Assembly (NCBI GenBank): GCA_963780185.1
Contig: CAWABA010000007.1
Coordinates: 1 to 64,000 of the forward strand
Direction: 5' to 3'
From: Candidatus Bathyarchaeota archaeon
Lineage (GTDB): Archaea > Thermoproteota > Bathyarchaeia > Bathyarchaeales > Bathycorpusculaceae
DNA: 64,000 nucleotides
Below are positions 28,138-38,949 of this stretch, piece after piece (positions within the stretch are counted from its first letter, which is position 1; every line of letters starts with the position of its first letter). The position numbers were made by a program, and so were the translations under genes. The notes beneath the pieces are model-generated. The model made no database searches, was not told where the DNA came from, and saw nothing but the letters and a program-made list of their open reading frames with translations.

Positions 28138-29157
28138 GGCACATCCACCTTATCTACCCGCCACCGAAGCTTCACGTAACTCTCGGCTAAAGGCGTAGTC
28201 AACCCATGCATGAAAGCTAAAACGCCTGTCCATGCAATCATGGCGCCGTTGTCCGTTGCAAACTCAAGCGGAACCACGTTGAACGTTGCATCATGCTCCT
28301 CCGCGATGACGCCAAGCATGGATTGCAACCGCTTGTTGGCAGCCACCCCACCCGTCAACAAAACCTCAGCTTTCTCCGTATGCGCCAACGCCCTCTCCGT
28401 AACTTCAGTAACCATTGAAAACGCATGCTCCTGAAGGCTGTAACACAAATCCTCAAGACGAACAATCCTTCTGCAGCATCGCGGTTGCCGCCGTCAACAA
28501 GCCGCTTAGAGAAAAATCCATCCCCTTCACCACGTAGGGCAGAGAAACCAAGTTTTTGCCTTTCGTCGCCAACCGCTCCACGGCAGCGCCAAGCGGCAAA
28601 CCCTTGCGGTTCTTGAGGCCTGCTTCCCGCGCGAAAACATCAAGGCAGTTTCCAAGCGCAATATCCAGTGTTTCGCCGAAAACGCGGTAGCGTCCAGCTT
28701 CAAAAGCAGTTACCATGGTGTTGCCGCCTGAAGCGTAAAGGGTCACGGGGTCTTTGGCGCCCGTTTTCAGTTTTCCGATTTCGATGTGGGCTACGGAGTG
28801 GTTGACGCCGACGAGGGGAATCTGCAGGTACGAGGCTAAGGCACGCGCTACAGTGGCTCCCGTCCGCAGACTCGGTCCTAAACCTGGACCCTGAGAGAAC
28901 GCGATGATTGAAAGTTCACGCGGCTTTACGCCTGCCGTGGCTATGGCTTCTTTTACTACTATGTCAGCTACTTCTGAATGGTGCCGTGCAGCTTCCCGCG
29001 GGTGAATTCCGCCTTCCTCCGGTATGTAGCTGTCTGATTTGTTAGCGAGTATTTCGCCGTTGAAGGCTGCTACACCGACGCCGAAGTCATCTGCTGAAGA
29101 TTCAATCCCCAAACAGTAACCTTCCTTCCTTTTCGGCGCTTCAAGCATATTTTTCAT
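28125..29157 (-). CDS. kae1: KEOPS t6A transferase Kae1, frameshifted near 28450
   Basis: GIESSA, GGIHP, GPGLGPSL, NHSVAH, GETLD, GGVAAN, DNGAMIA. Confidence 0.95.
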
Positions 29158-29243
29158 CGGATTCCACGTTTTTTAAAGGGATACATATTTTTATCTGGAT
29201 TCAACGCTTATATTCTAATTGCATTATTTGGAATTGATAGTAG

Positions 29244-29687
29244 ATGCCTAAACGTAATGACCTTGAACAGAAAGCACTCCATTATGTGGTAAACACAGGC
29301 TATCAAGGCGTGCTCCAATCGGACCTTTGGCGTGAACTAGGCGCAAGCAGCCGGGAAGGCTCAAGAGTCTCCATTAAACTTGAGGAAAAAGGGTTAATCC
29401 GCCGCGAAAAAGAACTTCAGGAAGGCAGATGGACCTATCGGCTATACCCGAAAAGGCTCCCCGCATCCATACAAACAATCATTGACTGCCCATGCCTGCT
29501 GTGCCCAGACAACGCAAGATGCGACCCGACCACGGCTATTTCTCCTAAAAGCTGCCCAAGATTGACCGACTGGATACTTAATTTGGGAAAAGAACCCGTT
29601 GCGGCAGCACCTGTGCCTGATCCAAGCGTGCAAAACATTGAAGAAGAGGCTGATCATTCCGTTGCCGAAGGCTTGGATCCGAGATAG
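29244..29687 (+). CDS. TFE-beta / RPC34-like winged-helix Fe-S protein
   Basis: wHTH followed by PCLLCP...C...ISPKSCPRLTDW. Confidence 0.7.
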   Translation: MPKRNDLEQKALHYVVNTGYQGVLQSDLWRELGASSREGSRVSIKLEEKGLIRREKELQEGRWTYRLYPKRLPASIQTIIDCPCLLCPDNARCDPTTAISPKSCPRLTDWILNLGKEPVAAAPVPDPSVQNIEEEADHSVAEGLDPR

Positions 29688-30267
29688 AAAGAATGAATAT
29701 TATTATAAGAAAGCTAAAGCAGAAAACTACCGTTCAAGAGCCACATACAAGCTTGTTCAGGCTAACGAGAAATACCAGTTTATAAAAAGAAACGATGTGG
29801 TTGTCGATTTAGGCGCCGCTCCAGGCGGTTGGATTCAAGCAGCCCGCAAAATGACTGGAAGCCACGGCTACGTTTTAGGCGTAGATCTTAAACCCATTGA
29901 ACCCTTCACGCAAGAGTACATTCGAACAATAATTGCAGATTTAACTGACGAAAACATTGTTCCAGAAATCCTCTCGTTCTTGCCGCGCAAAGCAGACGCC
30001 GTAATTTCAGATGCGGCGCCGAACGTAACTGGGGTGTGGGAAGTTGACCATGCATGCCAAATCGACCTCGCTACAAGATCGTTGGAAATCGCGAAGTGCG
30101 TGCTGCGGCCTTCAGGAAACTTTTTTGTAAAAGTCTTCCAGGGGGGACAGCTTGACGAATTCATTCAAGCCTTGAAAGCCACCTTCGAAACGGTTAAGAT
30201 TGTTAAGCCTCAGGCAAGCCGCGCGAAAAGCTCAGAAATGTACCTTTTGGCTGAAGGCTTAAAATAA
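29599..30267 (+). CDS. rlmE: 23S rRNA methyltransferase RlmE/FtsJ (likely start ~29662)
   Basis: YRSRATYKL, DLGAAPGGW, SDAAPN, KPQASR..SSEMY. Confidence 0.93.
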   Translation: MRQHLCLIQACKTLKKRLIIPLPKAWIRDRKNEYYYKKAKAENYRSRATYKLVQANEKYQFIKRNDVVVDLGAAPGGWIQAARKMTGSHGYVLGVDLKPIEPFTQEYIRTIIADLTDENIVPEILSFLPRKADAVISDAAPNVTGVWEVDHACQIDLATRSLEIAKCVLRPSGNFFVKVFQGGQLDEFIQALKATFETVKIVKPQASRAKSSEMYLLAEGLK

Positions 30268-30327
30268 ATAAGCCGCCAAGAGCAACCTATTTTTCACCCG
30301 CAACGCAATGTTTCTTTTGGTGACGGT

Positions 30328-31029
30328 TTGAGGATTATTTCGGCGGATTCTGCAGCTGCAATACTTGATGAACAGTTTAACACACTTTTCCTCGTTGCTT
30401 CCGCCGCCGTCTTCGTTGACCCACCGTATCGGGAGCCGTCTTTTAGGTTGGCTGAACCGATTTTCAGAGAAGTCGACAGCGGCTTCGAAGTTATCGTTCA
30501 TGAAGCTGAGCTCTGCAGAAGCTTGCTTGACAAAATGAAAGCTGACGTTGTCCATTTGGATTTGTCTCTCGGCGGCATATCAATCGAAGAGGTATCGCCC
30601 GTTGAACTCGTAAACCTTCGAGCCTCAAGGACTGGTCGACAAAACATCCTAAAAATTCTGCCAAGACTCAGGAAAATCGCTGGCGAAATCAAACGGGTAC
30701 ACGGTATCGACATGTTGGCTATCGGCAAAGAAAGTGTTCCTGTGAGGATTGCGGAGTTAACTGCTGGGTCAGAGGCGATTTTGTTTGCTTGCCAAAAGGC
30801 TGTGGATGAAGGTAAGCCTCTTCTTTTGGGGTTGCCTACTATGTGCCAGCCGACGGTGCAGGACAACCGCGTTTACCTTAACTCGCTCATAGCTGCTGAA
30901 CATGATGTCCGCGGTTTTGCTGTGGATGTTGAGGGCGTTTTGGGAAAGGTTAAAGTGGTAGAGACATTAAATCCTTGTGCGCGAGGATTTCGTGCATTAA
31001 AAATTAAGCCAAATCAAAATGAAGGTTAA
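30328..31029 (+). CDS. Conserved archaeal protein (DUF4152-like)
   Basis: MRIISADS, HLDLSLGG, GKESVPVRIAEL. Confidence 0.65.
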   Translation: MRIISADSAAAILDEQFNTLFLVASAAVFVDPPYREPSFRLAEPIFREVDSGFEVIVHEAELCRSLLDKMKADVVHLDLSLGGISIEEVSPVELVNLRASRTGRQNILKILPRLRKIAGEIKRVHGIDMLAIGKESVPVRIAELTAGSEAILFACQKAVDEGKPLLLGLPTMCQPTVQDNRVYLNSLIAAEHDVRGFAVDVEGVLGKVKVVETLNPCARGFRALKIKPNQNEG

Positions 31030-31034
31030 CATGG

Positions 31035-31580
31035 ATGAAGCTGGATTTGTCATTTTGGACGAACGCATCGACCAGACGCAAAAGAATCTACACGTTCCTA
31101 TTCATTCTCGTAGGAGCCATCGTGTTAACCGCCATCGGAGCTTCAATTCCTATTAGCCACAGCTCGGCGCAATCAATCTACGATTCACTAAACCAGACTG
31201 TCAGTCAGCAAAAAGCAAATGGAACAGTGCCGCAGTACATCTTTCTAAACAACTTTCGAATCTGCTTAATCTTCTTCATCCCAATTGTTGGACCCGCATT
31301 CGGCGTGCTATCTTTCGCTTCAACTGGCTACTACATAGGCGCGGAAGCCCAAGTACTCGGTTTTCCTCCACTCATCTACGTCTTCGCTGAACTCCTAAAC
31401 CCAATATTTTGGATTGAATTCACAGCCTACTCAATCGCCATCGCGGAAAGCATCTGGTTGTTCCGTAGGCTAAGGCAGAAAAGGTATAGTGAACTGAAAA
31501 CTACGGCGATTCTCATAGGTGTCTGCGCCGCCTTGCTTGTAGTCGGAGCCATTGTAGAATCGATGCTTCCGCTGGTATAA
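31035..31580 (+). CDS. SpoIIM-family membrane protein
   Basis: IFLNN, IEFTAY, GAIVE motifs. Confidence 0.75.
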   Translation: MKLDLSFWTNASTRRKRIYTFLFILVGAIVLTAIGASIPISHSSAQSIYDSLNQTVSQQKANGTVPQYIFLNNFRICLIFFIPIVGPAFGVLSFASTGYYIGAEAQVLGFPPLIYVFAELLNPIFWIEFTAYSIAIAESIWLFRRLRQKRYSELKTTAILIGVCAALLVVGAIVESMLPLV

Positions 31581-31582
31581 GC

Positions 31583-32455
31583 CTAAACGGCTTCTTTTTC
31601 TTCTTTGGTGACTTCTAAGCTGATGTCTAAGGCTTTGACGCTGTGCGTGAGTTGACCCATGCTGATGACATCAACTTTTGCCGCCGCATAAGCCAAAATG
31701 TCTTCAGCCGCGATTCCGCCGCTAGCCTCCAAAACCACCTTGCCCAAAAAACCCGCCTTCTCAAGCAAATCTGCCGCCTCCTTAACCTGCGCAGCCGTGA
31801 AGTTGTCAAGCAAAATCGCGTCAGCCCCCGCTTTTGCAACCTTCAGAACATCCGATACCTTGGTTACTTCAACTTCAATTTTCTTGGAGAAAGAAACGTT
31901 TGCCTTCGCCTGTTTCACGGCTTCTTCGGGGCTTCCAACTATGGCGACGTGATTGTCTTTTATCAGAACCATATCGTCCAAGTGAAGCCTATGCGGGTCA
32001 CCGCCTCCGATGACTACGGCTCTCTTGTCAAAGTAAAGCAGCCCAGGCGCGGATTTGCGTGTCGCGGCAATCTTGGCTTTAAATCCTGCCTTCTTGATTT
32101 TCTCTGTAAGCGTTCGGGTAGCCGTTGCGATTCCGCTCATCCGTGAAAGCAGATTCAACATGGTTCTCTCGGCGGATAGAATTGTCTGTGCATTGCCCGA
32201 GATTTCCATAAGCACCTGTTTGTTTTTGACTGCGTCTCCATCAGCCACTTTAGCCTTAACCTTCAACCCCAAATACTCAGCAAGAACAGTGACTTCTTCG
32301 ATTCCCGCAGCAACCCCGTTCTCCTTCGCAACCAAAACCGCGTTCACGTTCAAGTTTGCTGGGATTAGCGCTTGGACAGTGACGTCGCCTAAACCTACGT
32401 CGTCTGCGAGTATTTGTCTGAGTTTCTCTTCACGGATTTTTCGGGGAACAAACAT
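31583..32455 (-). CDS. nadC: Nicotinate-nucleotide diphosphorylase (quinolinate phosphoribosyltransferase)
   Basis: TRK, HRxxLDD, KDNH, EVEV, LLDN, EASGG. Confidence 0.96.
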   Translation of the reverse strand: MFVPRKIREEKLRQILADDVGLGDVTVQALIPANLNVNAVLVAKENGVAAGIEEVTVLAEYLGLKVKAKVADGDAVKNKQVLMEISGNAQTILSAERTMLNLLSRMSGIATATRTLTEKIKKAGFKAKIAATRKSAPGLLYFDKRAVVIGGGDPHRLHLDDMVLIKDNHVAIVGSPEEAVKQAKANVSFSKKIEVEVTKVSDVLKVAKAGADAILLDNFTAAQVKEAADLLEKAGFLGKVVLEASGGIAAEDILAYAAAKVDVISMGQLTHSVKALDISLEVTKEEKEAV

Positions 32456-32553
32456 AACAATTTAGTGTTAGCTACTAGCTTAAAACTGCTTTTACGTTCT
32501 TAGACGCAATATGGGCATAGTTAAAATAAAACTTTGATGTATACCTATGCGCT

Positions 32554-33693
32554 ATGCGGTTACTGTTTAGCTGTTCAGAGCTTGGCTTAGGCCACGTTTC
32601 CCGTATCATTCCCCTAGGGAAACGGCTACAGAACCGCGGTCACGAAATGTTTTTTTTCTCAGGAGGCAAAGCATACGACCTGCTGCAGAAAGAGTTCAGC
32701 CACGTCTACAAATGTACGCCGATTTCATGGTATGAGAACGCACACGGCATAATCACCTCGGCATCGCTCGTTAACATGCTTTTGCCGCTTCCATTGTTTA
32801 ACTTCGAGAAGAACAGGCTGGAAATAAAAAACTCCAACGCCTGGGAAACAATCCACCGCTACTACGACCTGCGAGAAAACATCAATGAATTGGCGCCTGA
32901 CATGCTGATTGCCGACGGCGACATAAACGCGCTTAGGCTCTCTCAAAGGTGGGGTTTCCCCTCAGTTTACATAGCTAACATGATTAGGCCCAGTTACGGT
33001 TTCTCTGCTTTCCTCAACCCAGGCGAAAGACTCGTTGAACGCTACGTTAAGAAATGCTCAAAAATAATCATCCCCGACAACCCGCCGCCATACACGATTT
33101 CGGAGTACAGCATCGGAAACATCGACAGCATGGGCTTAGGCGACGAAGTTGAGTACGTAGGAAGCTTCGTTGACACGTCACCCGTCGAAGGAGGCAAAGA
33201 ACATATTTTTGCACCCATAAGCGGACCGCCCGGCACAAGAGCCAAGATGCTCAAGACCCTGCTGCCTGTCCTCAAGAAAATGAAGACCAAATGTATCATC
33301 AGTTTGGGGACGCCGGGAAAGAAATCCTCAGCCAAAATCGGGAACTGTGAACTTCACACTTGGCTGTCTGCTGAGGAACGGGCGGAATACATGAGAAACG
33401 CAAAGTTCGTTATCTTCAGCGGGGGACACGCAACCTGCTTTGAAACTGTAAAGTACGCGAAACCCAGTATATGCATCCCAACGCAGCCCGAGCAGCTTGG
33501 CAATGCGGCTAAACTGCAAGACCTTGACTGCTCAATAACTGTCAAGAACCAAAAGCAGCTTGAGAAGGCGGTTGCAAGAATGGAGAATGATCAGGATTCT
33601 TTTGACAAAAACATGTTGTCGCTTAACAAGTTCTCCAACAAGTACCGGGGCTTAGACAGGGCACAAACGATTGTTGAAACCCTGCTGGATTAA
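32554..33693 (+). CDS. GT-B glycosyltransferase (MJ1255-like)
   Basis: GLGHVSR, GGHAT..E, PEQLGNA. Confidence 0.8.
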   Translation: MRLLFSCSELGLGHVSRIIPLGKRLQNRGHEMFFFSGGKAYDLLQKEFSHVYKCTPISWYENAHGIITSASLVNMLLPLPLFNFEKNRLEIKNSNAWETIHRYYDLRENINELAPDMLIADGDINALRLSQRWGFPSVYIANMIRPSYGFSAFLNPGERLVERYVKKCSKIIIPDNPPPYTISEYSIGNIDSMGLGDEVEYVGSFVDTSPVEGGKEHIFAPISGPPGTRAKMLKTLLPVLKKMKTKCIISLGTPGKKSSAKIGNCELHTWLSAEERAEYMRNAKFVIFSGGHATCFETVKYAKPSICIPTQPEQLGNAAKLQDLDCSITVKNQKQLEKAVARMENDQDSFDKNMLSLNKFSNKYRGLDRAQTIVETLLD

Positions 33694-33699
33694 TCGGTT

Positions 33700-34323
33700 T
33701 TATTTGTTTAGGCTTAAGCGGTTGATTTCGCCCATAGGCGACTCTTCCTCAAAAATTATGGCTTTGAACTTGTAGATTTTAGCGTCTTTTGTGAGCCATG
33801 TGTCAGGGGGGAGTCCTGCTTTGACGCAGCATTGGCACAAAAATTCTTCTTCGCACCATCTCCATTCAACAGGCACCTGAGGAAGAAGTAACCCTTTGTA
33901 GAAGCCTCTTTCAACAATCAACCCGTCTTCCCCAACCTTGATTTTGCCGAGGTACTCTTTCGGGTTGTCAACTTTGACGGGTTCCGGCGGCGTCAGAACG
34001 CTGACCTCAAAAACAACCTTGCCTAACTCGTCAAGGCTTAACGATTCGAATCTTGGGTCTTCAGTCGAAGCATTAATGGCTGAGTCAATCACGGCTTCCA
34101 CAAGCGGGCTTGTCGGGTAAGGGTAGCCGATGCAGCCGCGAAGCTCCTTCTCACCGTTCCTGAGGCTGTTTATGGTGACGAAGACACCGCAGCGTTCAAA
34201 CAGCTTCTTGGGCGTGTCTTTGGGCGGCTTTAGGATTTTTCCGTTATCCAGATATTCCTTAACCGTGTTTCTTGCCAAGTTGATTAAGAATTTTCCTTCA
34301 TCTAAGCTTAGTTCAAACGACAT
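33700..34323 (-). CDS. AMMECR1-family protein
   Basis: GVFVT, LRGCIG, DPRF, GLLLPQV. Confidence 0.93.
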   Translation of the reverse strand: MSFELSLDEGKFLINLARNTVKEYLDNGKILKPPKDTPKKLFERCGVFVTINSLRNGEKELRGCIGYPYPTSPLVEAVIDSAINASTEDPRFESLSLDELGKVVFEVSVLTPPEPVKVDNPKEYLGKIKVGEDGLIVERGFYKGLLLPQVPVEWRWCEEEFLCQCCVKAGLPPDTWLTKDAKIYKFKAIIFEEESPMGEINRLSLNK

Positions 34324-34402
34324 AGTTTCCGCCTCTGAGTCATTTGCAGCGCGTAGGCGCCGCTGAGTGACAGGAAGAATAAGTTTGGGCGGAAAAGCTG
34401 GT

Positions 34403-35164
34403 TTAGAACTTTATGGATTCTTCTTTGACGCCGTCTTTAGTTATGGTGAGGAAATCTATGCCGTCGCCGCTCATTGAGTCTCTGCTGATTGCCGATTTTA
34501 TTGCTCGAGTTACGAGGTCTTTTGTTTGTTCCTCGGTCATGGTTTCTTTGTAGGCTTCTTCAATGACTCCGATGGCGATTTCTGTTCCTGTGCCGACAGC
34601 CGCGTATTTGTCAGGGATAAGTGATCCTAAAACGTCAAGCACGAAGAGTGCTGGTCCGTCTTCATCTAAGCCGCCTATGATTGTCTGGGTGAAAAGCGGC
34701 GCGTATCGACGGTTGAATAGGACATTGGCTAAAAGTTTAGATGCTGCACGCACAGTGATTTTTCTGCCTGTGTCCATGCTGAAAAGGTTGGCTTGCGCTT
34801 CCATTTCTTTGGCGAGAATCTGCATGTCGCCGACGAGACCTGCGCAGGCTACGCCGATTCGGTCTGTTATTTTGAAAACTTTTTTTCCGCCTTTGCTCAT
34901 AACGAAGTAACCGTAAGTTACTCTTTTCTCTGAGGCTAAGAGCACTCCGCCTTTGAAGACAACGCCGACTGTGGTGGCGCCTGGCATCCAAGCCATTCCG
35001 CCTTGCTGAGCCTGCTGTTGCTGTTGATCCTGCTGCATCTGTGGATACTGCGGAATCTGCGGTATGTCTGGTAGTTGTGGTCCGTAACCTTCCATAATTT
35101 TCGCCTTTTCCCGTTGATATACACAAGACAAATTATTAAGGTTACTTATATCCATTAATCTCAT
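34403..35164 (-). CDS. psmB: Proteasome beta subunit (likely start ~35095)
   Basis: GATTVG, AGLVGD, GTG, RDSMSGDG. Confidence 0.93.
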   Translation of the reverse strand: MRLMDISNLNNLSCVYQREKAKIMEGYGPQLPDIPQIPQYPQMQQDQQQQQAQQGGMAWMPGATTVGVVFKGGVLLASEKRVTYGYFVMSKGGKKVFKITDRIGVACAGLVGDMQILAKEMEAQANLFSMDTGRKITVRAASKLLANVLFNRRYAPLFTQTIIGGLDEDGPALFVLDVLGSLIPDKYAAVGTGTEIAIGVIEEAYKETMTEEQTKDLVTRAIKSAISRDSMSGDGIDFLTITKDGVKEESIKF

Positions 35165-35209
35165 CGTCTACTCCGTCAGTTGGCGATGAAGCGTTGAAAA
35201 ACGGCTCAA

Positions 35210-35819
35210 GTGAAAGCTATGATCAAAATCTACACACAAAACCTTGAAGGCGTTTGGTTCGGAGTCGCCTGCGACCAACAGCAAATCGCTGCATCATCTT
35301 TCGGGGCAAGTCAACAAGGGACCTTAGGCGGCCTACTTGAGACTATTCCATACAATGCGCCTTTCCAAGTTTTCGATAAGCCTTCACACTTCGCCGAAGA
35401 CGCCTTGGTTTGCTTAAAGAAAATTTATGCAGGAGAACCTGTTGACGCCAGCCCTCCATTAGCCTACGCGCATCTGCCAGCCTACACGCAAAAGGTGCTC
35501 AAAGCAACCATGCAGATTCCGCTCGGCTACGTCACATCCTACGGAGAAATCGCCAAAGCAGTAGGCGGCAGCCCAAGAGCAGTGGGAAACGTTATGGCTA
35601 CAAACCCCTTCGCACCCATTGTTCCCTGCCACAGAGTCGTCAAATCAGACCTTACGCTTAGGCGGATACGGCGGAGGCTTAAAGGTTAAGATTGAGCTTT
35701 TAGGTCGGGAGAGCCGCGGTTTTTCAAGCCTCAAACAGGTGCAGGTAGATGGTGGAGCCTTCACGGTTTTCCCAGCTGAACATGTTCTTAAAAACTTGGT
35801 TTCACGCGGATTTTTGTGA
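35210..35819 (+). CDS. ogt: O6-methylguanine-DNA methyltransferase, frameshifted near 35660
   Basis: SYGEIA, RAVG, PCHRV; GGYGGG continues in the next frame. Confidence 0.88.
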
Positions 35820-35868
35820 GCGCAAATCATAAAAGCATGCGGGCTTAACGTCAAATGGCGATTGCAGT

Positions 35869-36396
35869 TTGGTTACTCGTGGTCTTTACGTTGGCAGGTT
35901 TCAGCCTTTCCATTTGGGGCATCTTGGCGCTGTGAAGGCAGTGCTCAAGGAAGTTGATGAGTTAGTCATAGTCATCGGCAGTGCCCAGTACAGTCACAAA
36001 CCGCACAACCCGTTTACAGCTGGCGAAAGGCTATCCATGATAAGGGGTGCTCTGCAAGAAGCCAAGCTGAGCCCCCAAAAGCTTTGGGTTGTGCCAGTAC
36101 CAGATGTTCACCTGCATATGCTGTGGGTAAGCGCAGTTGAAGGCTACACCCCAAAATTCAACGTTTGCTACTCCAATGAGGCATTGACGCAGAGGCTTTT
36201 TTCGGAGGCAGGCTACCCAATCAAGAAGATACCGTTTTTCGACAGAAAACAGTACATGTCCACAGTGATTAGGGAAAAAATGCTTAAATGCGACGACGGC
36301 TGGGTGGAGCTTGTTCCCAAAAGCGTCGCTGACTTCATCAGGGAAATAGACGGCGTCAACAGGCTCCGTGACCTGGCAAGAACAGACAAAGGCTAA
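35869..36396 (+). CDS. nadM: NMN adenylyltransferase
   Basis: GRFQPFHLGH, GSAQYSH, NPFTAGER. Confidence 0.95.
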   Translation: MVTRGLYVGRFQPFHLGHLGAVKAVLKEVDELVIVIGSAQYSHKPHNPFTAGERLSMIRGALQEAKLSPQKLWVVPVPDVHLHMLWVSAVEGYTPKFNVCYSNEALTQRLFSEAGYPIKKIPFFDRKQYMSTVIREKMLKCDDGWVELVPKSVADFIREIDGVNRLRDLARTDKG

Positions 36397-36401
36397 AGAG
36401 G

Positions 36402-36962
36402 CTACACAACTATTTTTTCGGGCGAAGCCTTATGGTAAAACTGCCAGGCTGAAAAGTAAGCCACGATTACAACCAGCAACTCGACAAATATGCCTAAGCC
36501 GATGCTTGATAAGGCGAAGAAGTTGTTTGCTGCGTGAAGCGCCACGGAAATCAGGTAGTAGGGCAGCGGGTTCTTTTTGGCTATGCCGTAGGCGGTTATC
36601 GATGCGCTTGACGCGTGGAAAATGACGCCTGGAACTCTCGCAATCGGGGGAACATGTAAGAAGACGACGTACAGGAAAAACTCGGAGATGCCGAAGCCGA
36701 GCCCGATTAAGACGCCTAAAGTCACTATGGACCGTTCGGTTTCGCCGTGCCTGTAGAATAGCGGGAAAACCTTGGCTAGTTCTTCCACGAAGGGCGCAAT
36801 GAGCGCCGTAGATATGATGACGGGGACGTACGGGTAAACGTTTGAAAAAAACAAAGCCATAGGGACGCTTACAAGTATGCCTGAAATGAAAAAGAACGAT
36901 AGCTCTTTTCTGCTCGGCTTGTGAAGCGGTATAACGCATTGATGCAGCGGCTCATTTCCCAT
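36402..36962 (-). CDS. PrsW-family intramembrane protease
   Basis: APFVEELAK, GFGISE, H...HAANN. Confidence 0.85.
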   Translation of the reverse strand: MGNEPLHQCVIPLHKPSRKELSFFFISGILVSVPMALFFSNVYPYVPVIISTALIAPFVEELAKVFPLFYRHGETERSIVTLGVLIGLGFGISEFFLYVVFLHVPPIARVPGVIFHASSASITAYGIAKKNPLPYYLISVALHAANNFFALSSIGLGIFVELLVVIVAYFSAWQFYHKASPEKIVV

Positions 36963-37078
36963 AGAAATTTGCTTCCTAAAAGAAATTGAAGTTACCAGTT
37001 GCTTATCAACGTTTTCTACTTACCACAGCGCTAAAATACGGGGTACTGTCACACTACTGAGTAGGTTGTGTACCCCAA

Positions 37079-37561
37079 ATGAACTCAGTCATAGTCTTAT
37101 TTTCGTATCACCATAAAAACACAGAGAAAATCGCCCAAACAATCGCCAAGGTTATCGGCGCAGAAATAAAAACTCCCGAGCAAACAGACCCAAACACCCT
37201 TGCTAGCTTCGACCTTGTAGGCTTCGGCTCAGGCGTCTACTTTGGAAAACTCGGCAAACCCCTTCTTGAACTCGCCGACAAAATCCCTCAAGCCGCAGGC
37301 AAAAAAGCATTCATCTTCTCCACCAGCGGAAGCGCAGGAAAAGGCGCAGCCAAATTTCACAAATCTCTCAAGAAGAAACTTGAGGCGAAAGGTTACAGCG
37401 TCGTCGGAGAATTTAACTGCGCTGCCTTTGACACTTTCGGGCCGTTCAAACTCATCGGCGGCACACACAAGGGCAGACCAAACGCCGAAGACCTAAAGCA
37501 AGCCGAAGGTTTCGCACAAGCCTTAACGAGGAACGAATCACCCAGTTTATTCTTGGAGTAA
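37079..37561 (+). CDS. Flavodoxin-family protein
   Basis: SYHHKNTEK, GFGSGVY, FSTSG, GRP. Confidence 0.88.
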   Translation: MNSVIVLFSYHHKNTEKIAQTIAKVIGAEIKTPEQTDPNTLASFDLVGFGSGVYFGKLGKPLLELADKIPQAAGKKAFIFSTSGSAGKGAAKFHKSLKKKLEAKGYSVVGEFNCAAFDTFGPFKLIGGTHKGRPNAEDLKQAEGFAQALTRNESPSLFLE

Positions 37562-37568
37562 AAGTCCG

Positions 37569-38939
37569 CTAGAAGCCTGCTGTTAACGGGTCAAGCGGCT
37601 TCATCAGCTCCCGAAGAAGCACAGTCGCGTAGCAACCTCTCTGCAACATGAAGCTTAGCTCGGCTTCGCAGCCTTCGCCTTCGGAGTCTGCTGAAACATG
37701 GAACTTGAAGTCTTTGACAGGTGCCGCCGCCGTTCGCAAACCGCCCCTGCCGCCGACGCTTGACAGCGGATTAACTCGCATGTCCTCAAGCCTTATTTTT
37801 TCCTCCTCAAGAACCTCCCGCTCAATCTGCCTCATAACGCCTTCAGAAAGCTTCTGACTTACCCCGATAATCGGCAAAGCGACACGCATCTTTCCAGCCT
37901 TGATTTGCTCATTAACTGCATCTTCGGTTGGGGATGTTACAATTTTCGACATCTTCGTCAACGGCAAACCCGACCGCTCGACTCCGACAACGTAGTCCCC
38001 CGCTTCAGCTCTGTTCAAAGCGTAGCCCTGCGCCAGCCGCTGGCTGAGGAAGCGGTTAAACAAGTAGGATTGGTGTGCTTGAACGAAAAGCTGCTGAAGC
38101 TTGAGGGGCAGCTTTTGGAAGGCACCAAAGAAGTCTTCAGGTTCATCGGCTAAGTGACTCAGCATCAACCGCTCAAAACGAAGCTGCCTCGGAAAATCTT
38201 CCAGCGCCTGCCTAAAATCGCATGTTTCCCCAAGCTGCCGGCGTGCCAGCCTTGAAGCTGGATGCTCATACTTGCTTGACTTCGCCAGAAAAAGTATCGC
38301 CGCCTCCCTGAAGTCGCCTCCGACGATGGCTTTTCCAACCAAATGTGTGATGGGGCGGCTGGTTCCGAAGCGTTGGTGCCCAAAAAAGTTTGGAATGCCC
38401 CCTGCAGCGTCGATTTCCCCGATGGCTTGGGCGATGCGTGTTTCAACGGTTGATTTCTGGAGTTTGATGGCTTTGATTCTTGTTGTGAAGTTGTTGCCGA
38501 GTAAGTAGTAGGTTGAAAGGGCTTCGCGAACGTAGCCAATGGGGATGACCTGTATGTCTTTGACGTCGACTTTTGCGGCATCCTCCAATGTGACCCCGTC
38601 GACCGTGAAGTGCTGTGCCGTGATGGCTTTGGCGTCTTTTATGCCTGCAATCTGGATGCGACCCTGATCTATGCCAAGCTGCTTTGCCACGTTCTTGACG
38701 GCTATAAAAGTGTCCCAGTTGCGTTTAACAAGCACGCAAAGCAAAAACCGTTGCCGTCCAAGAGTGGAACCCAAAACCTTGCTGGTAACCGATCCGTTCA
38801 CCTGTGCCTTTGAGCCGTCAACAAGAACTTCCTCAACCACAAAATCCTCGACTTCTTCGCGGATGACGCCGCCGACGCCTAAGCTTTTGGTCAGGTAAAC
38901 TTCGAGGCCGAGTTCTTTTTCAAGGGAAGACACAGGCAA
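37569..38939 (-). CDS. truD: tRNA pseudouridine(13) synthase
   Basis: EDFVVEE, AGIKDAKAITAQ, GNNF, NFFGHQRFG, GCYAT. Confidence 0.95.
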   Translation of the reverse strand: MPVSSLEKELGLEVYLTKSLGVGGVIREEVEDFVVEEVLVDGSKAQVNGSVTSKVLGSTLGRQRFLLCVLVKRNWDTFIAVKNVAKQLGIDQGRIQIAGIKDAKAITAQHFTVDGVTLEDAAKVDVKDIQVIPIGYVREALSTYYLLGNNFTTRIKAIKLQKSTVETRIAQAIGEIDAAGGIPNFFGHQRFGTSRPITHLVGKAIVGGDFREAAILFLAKSSKYEHPASRLARRQLGETCDFRQALEDFPRQLRFERLMLSHLADEPEDFFGAFQKLPLKLQQLFVQAHQSYLFNRFLSQRLAQGYALNRAEAGDYVVGVERSGLPLTKMSKIVTSPTEDAVNEQIKAGKMRVALPIIGVSQKLSEGVMRQIEREVLEEEKIRLEDMRVNPLSSVGGRGGLRTAAAPVKDFKFHVSADSEGEGCEAELSFMLQRGCYATVLLRELMKPLDPLTAGF

Positions 38940-38949
38940 AAGGCTCGCC

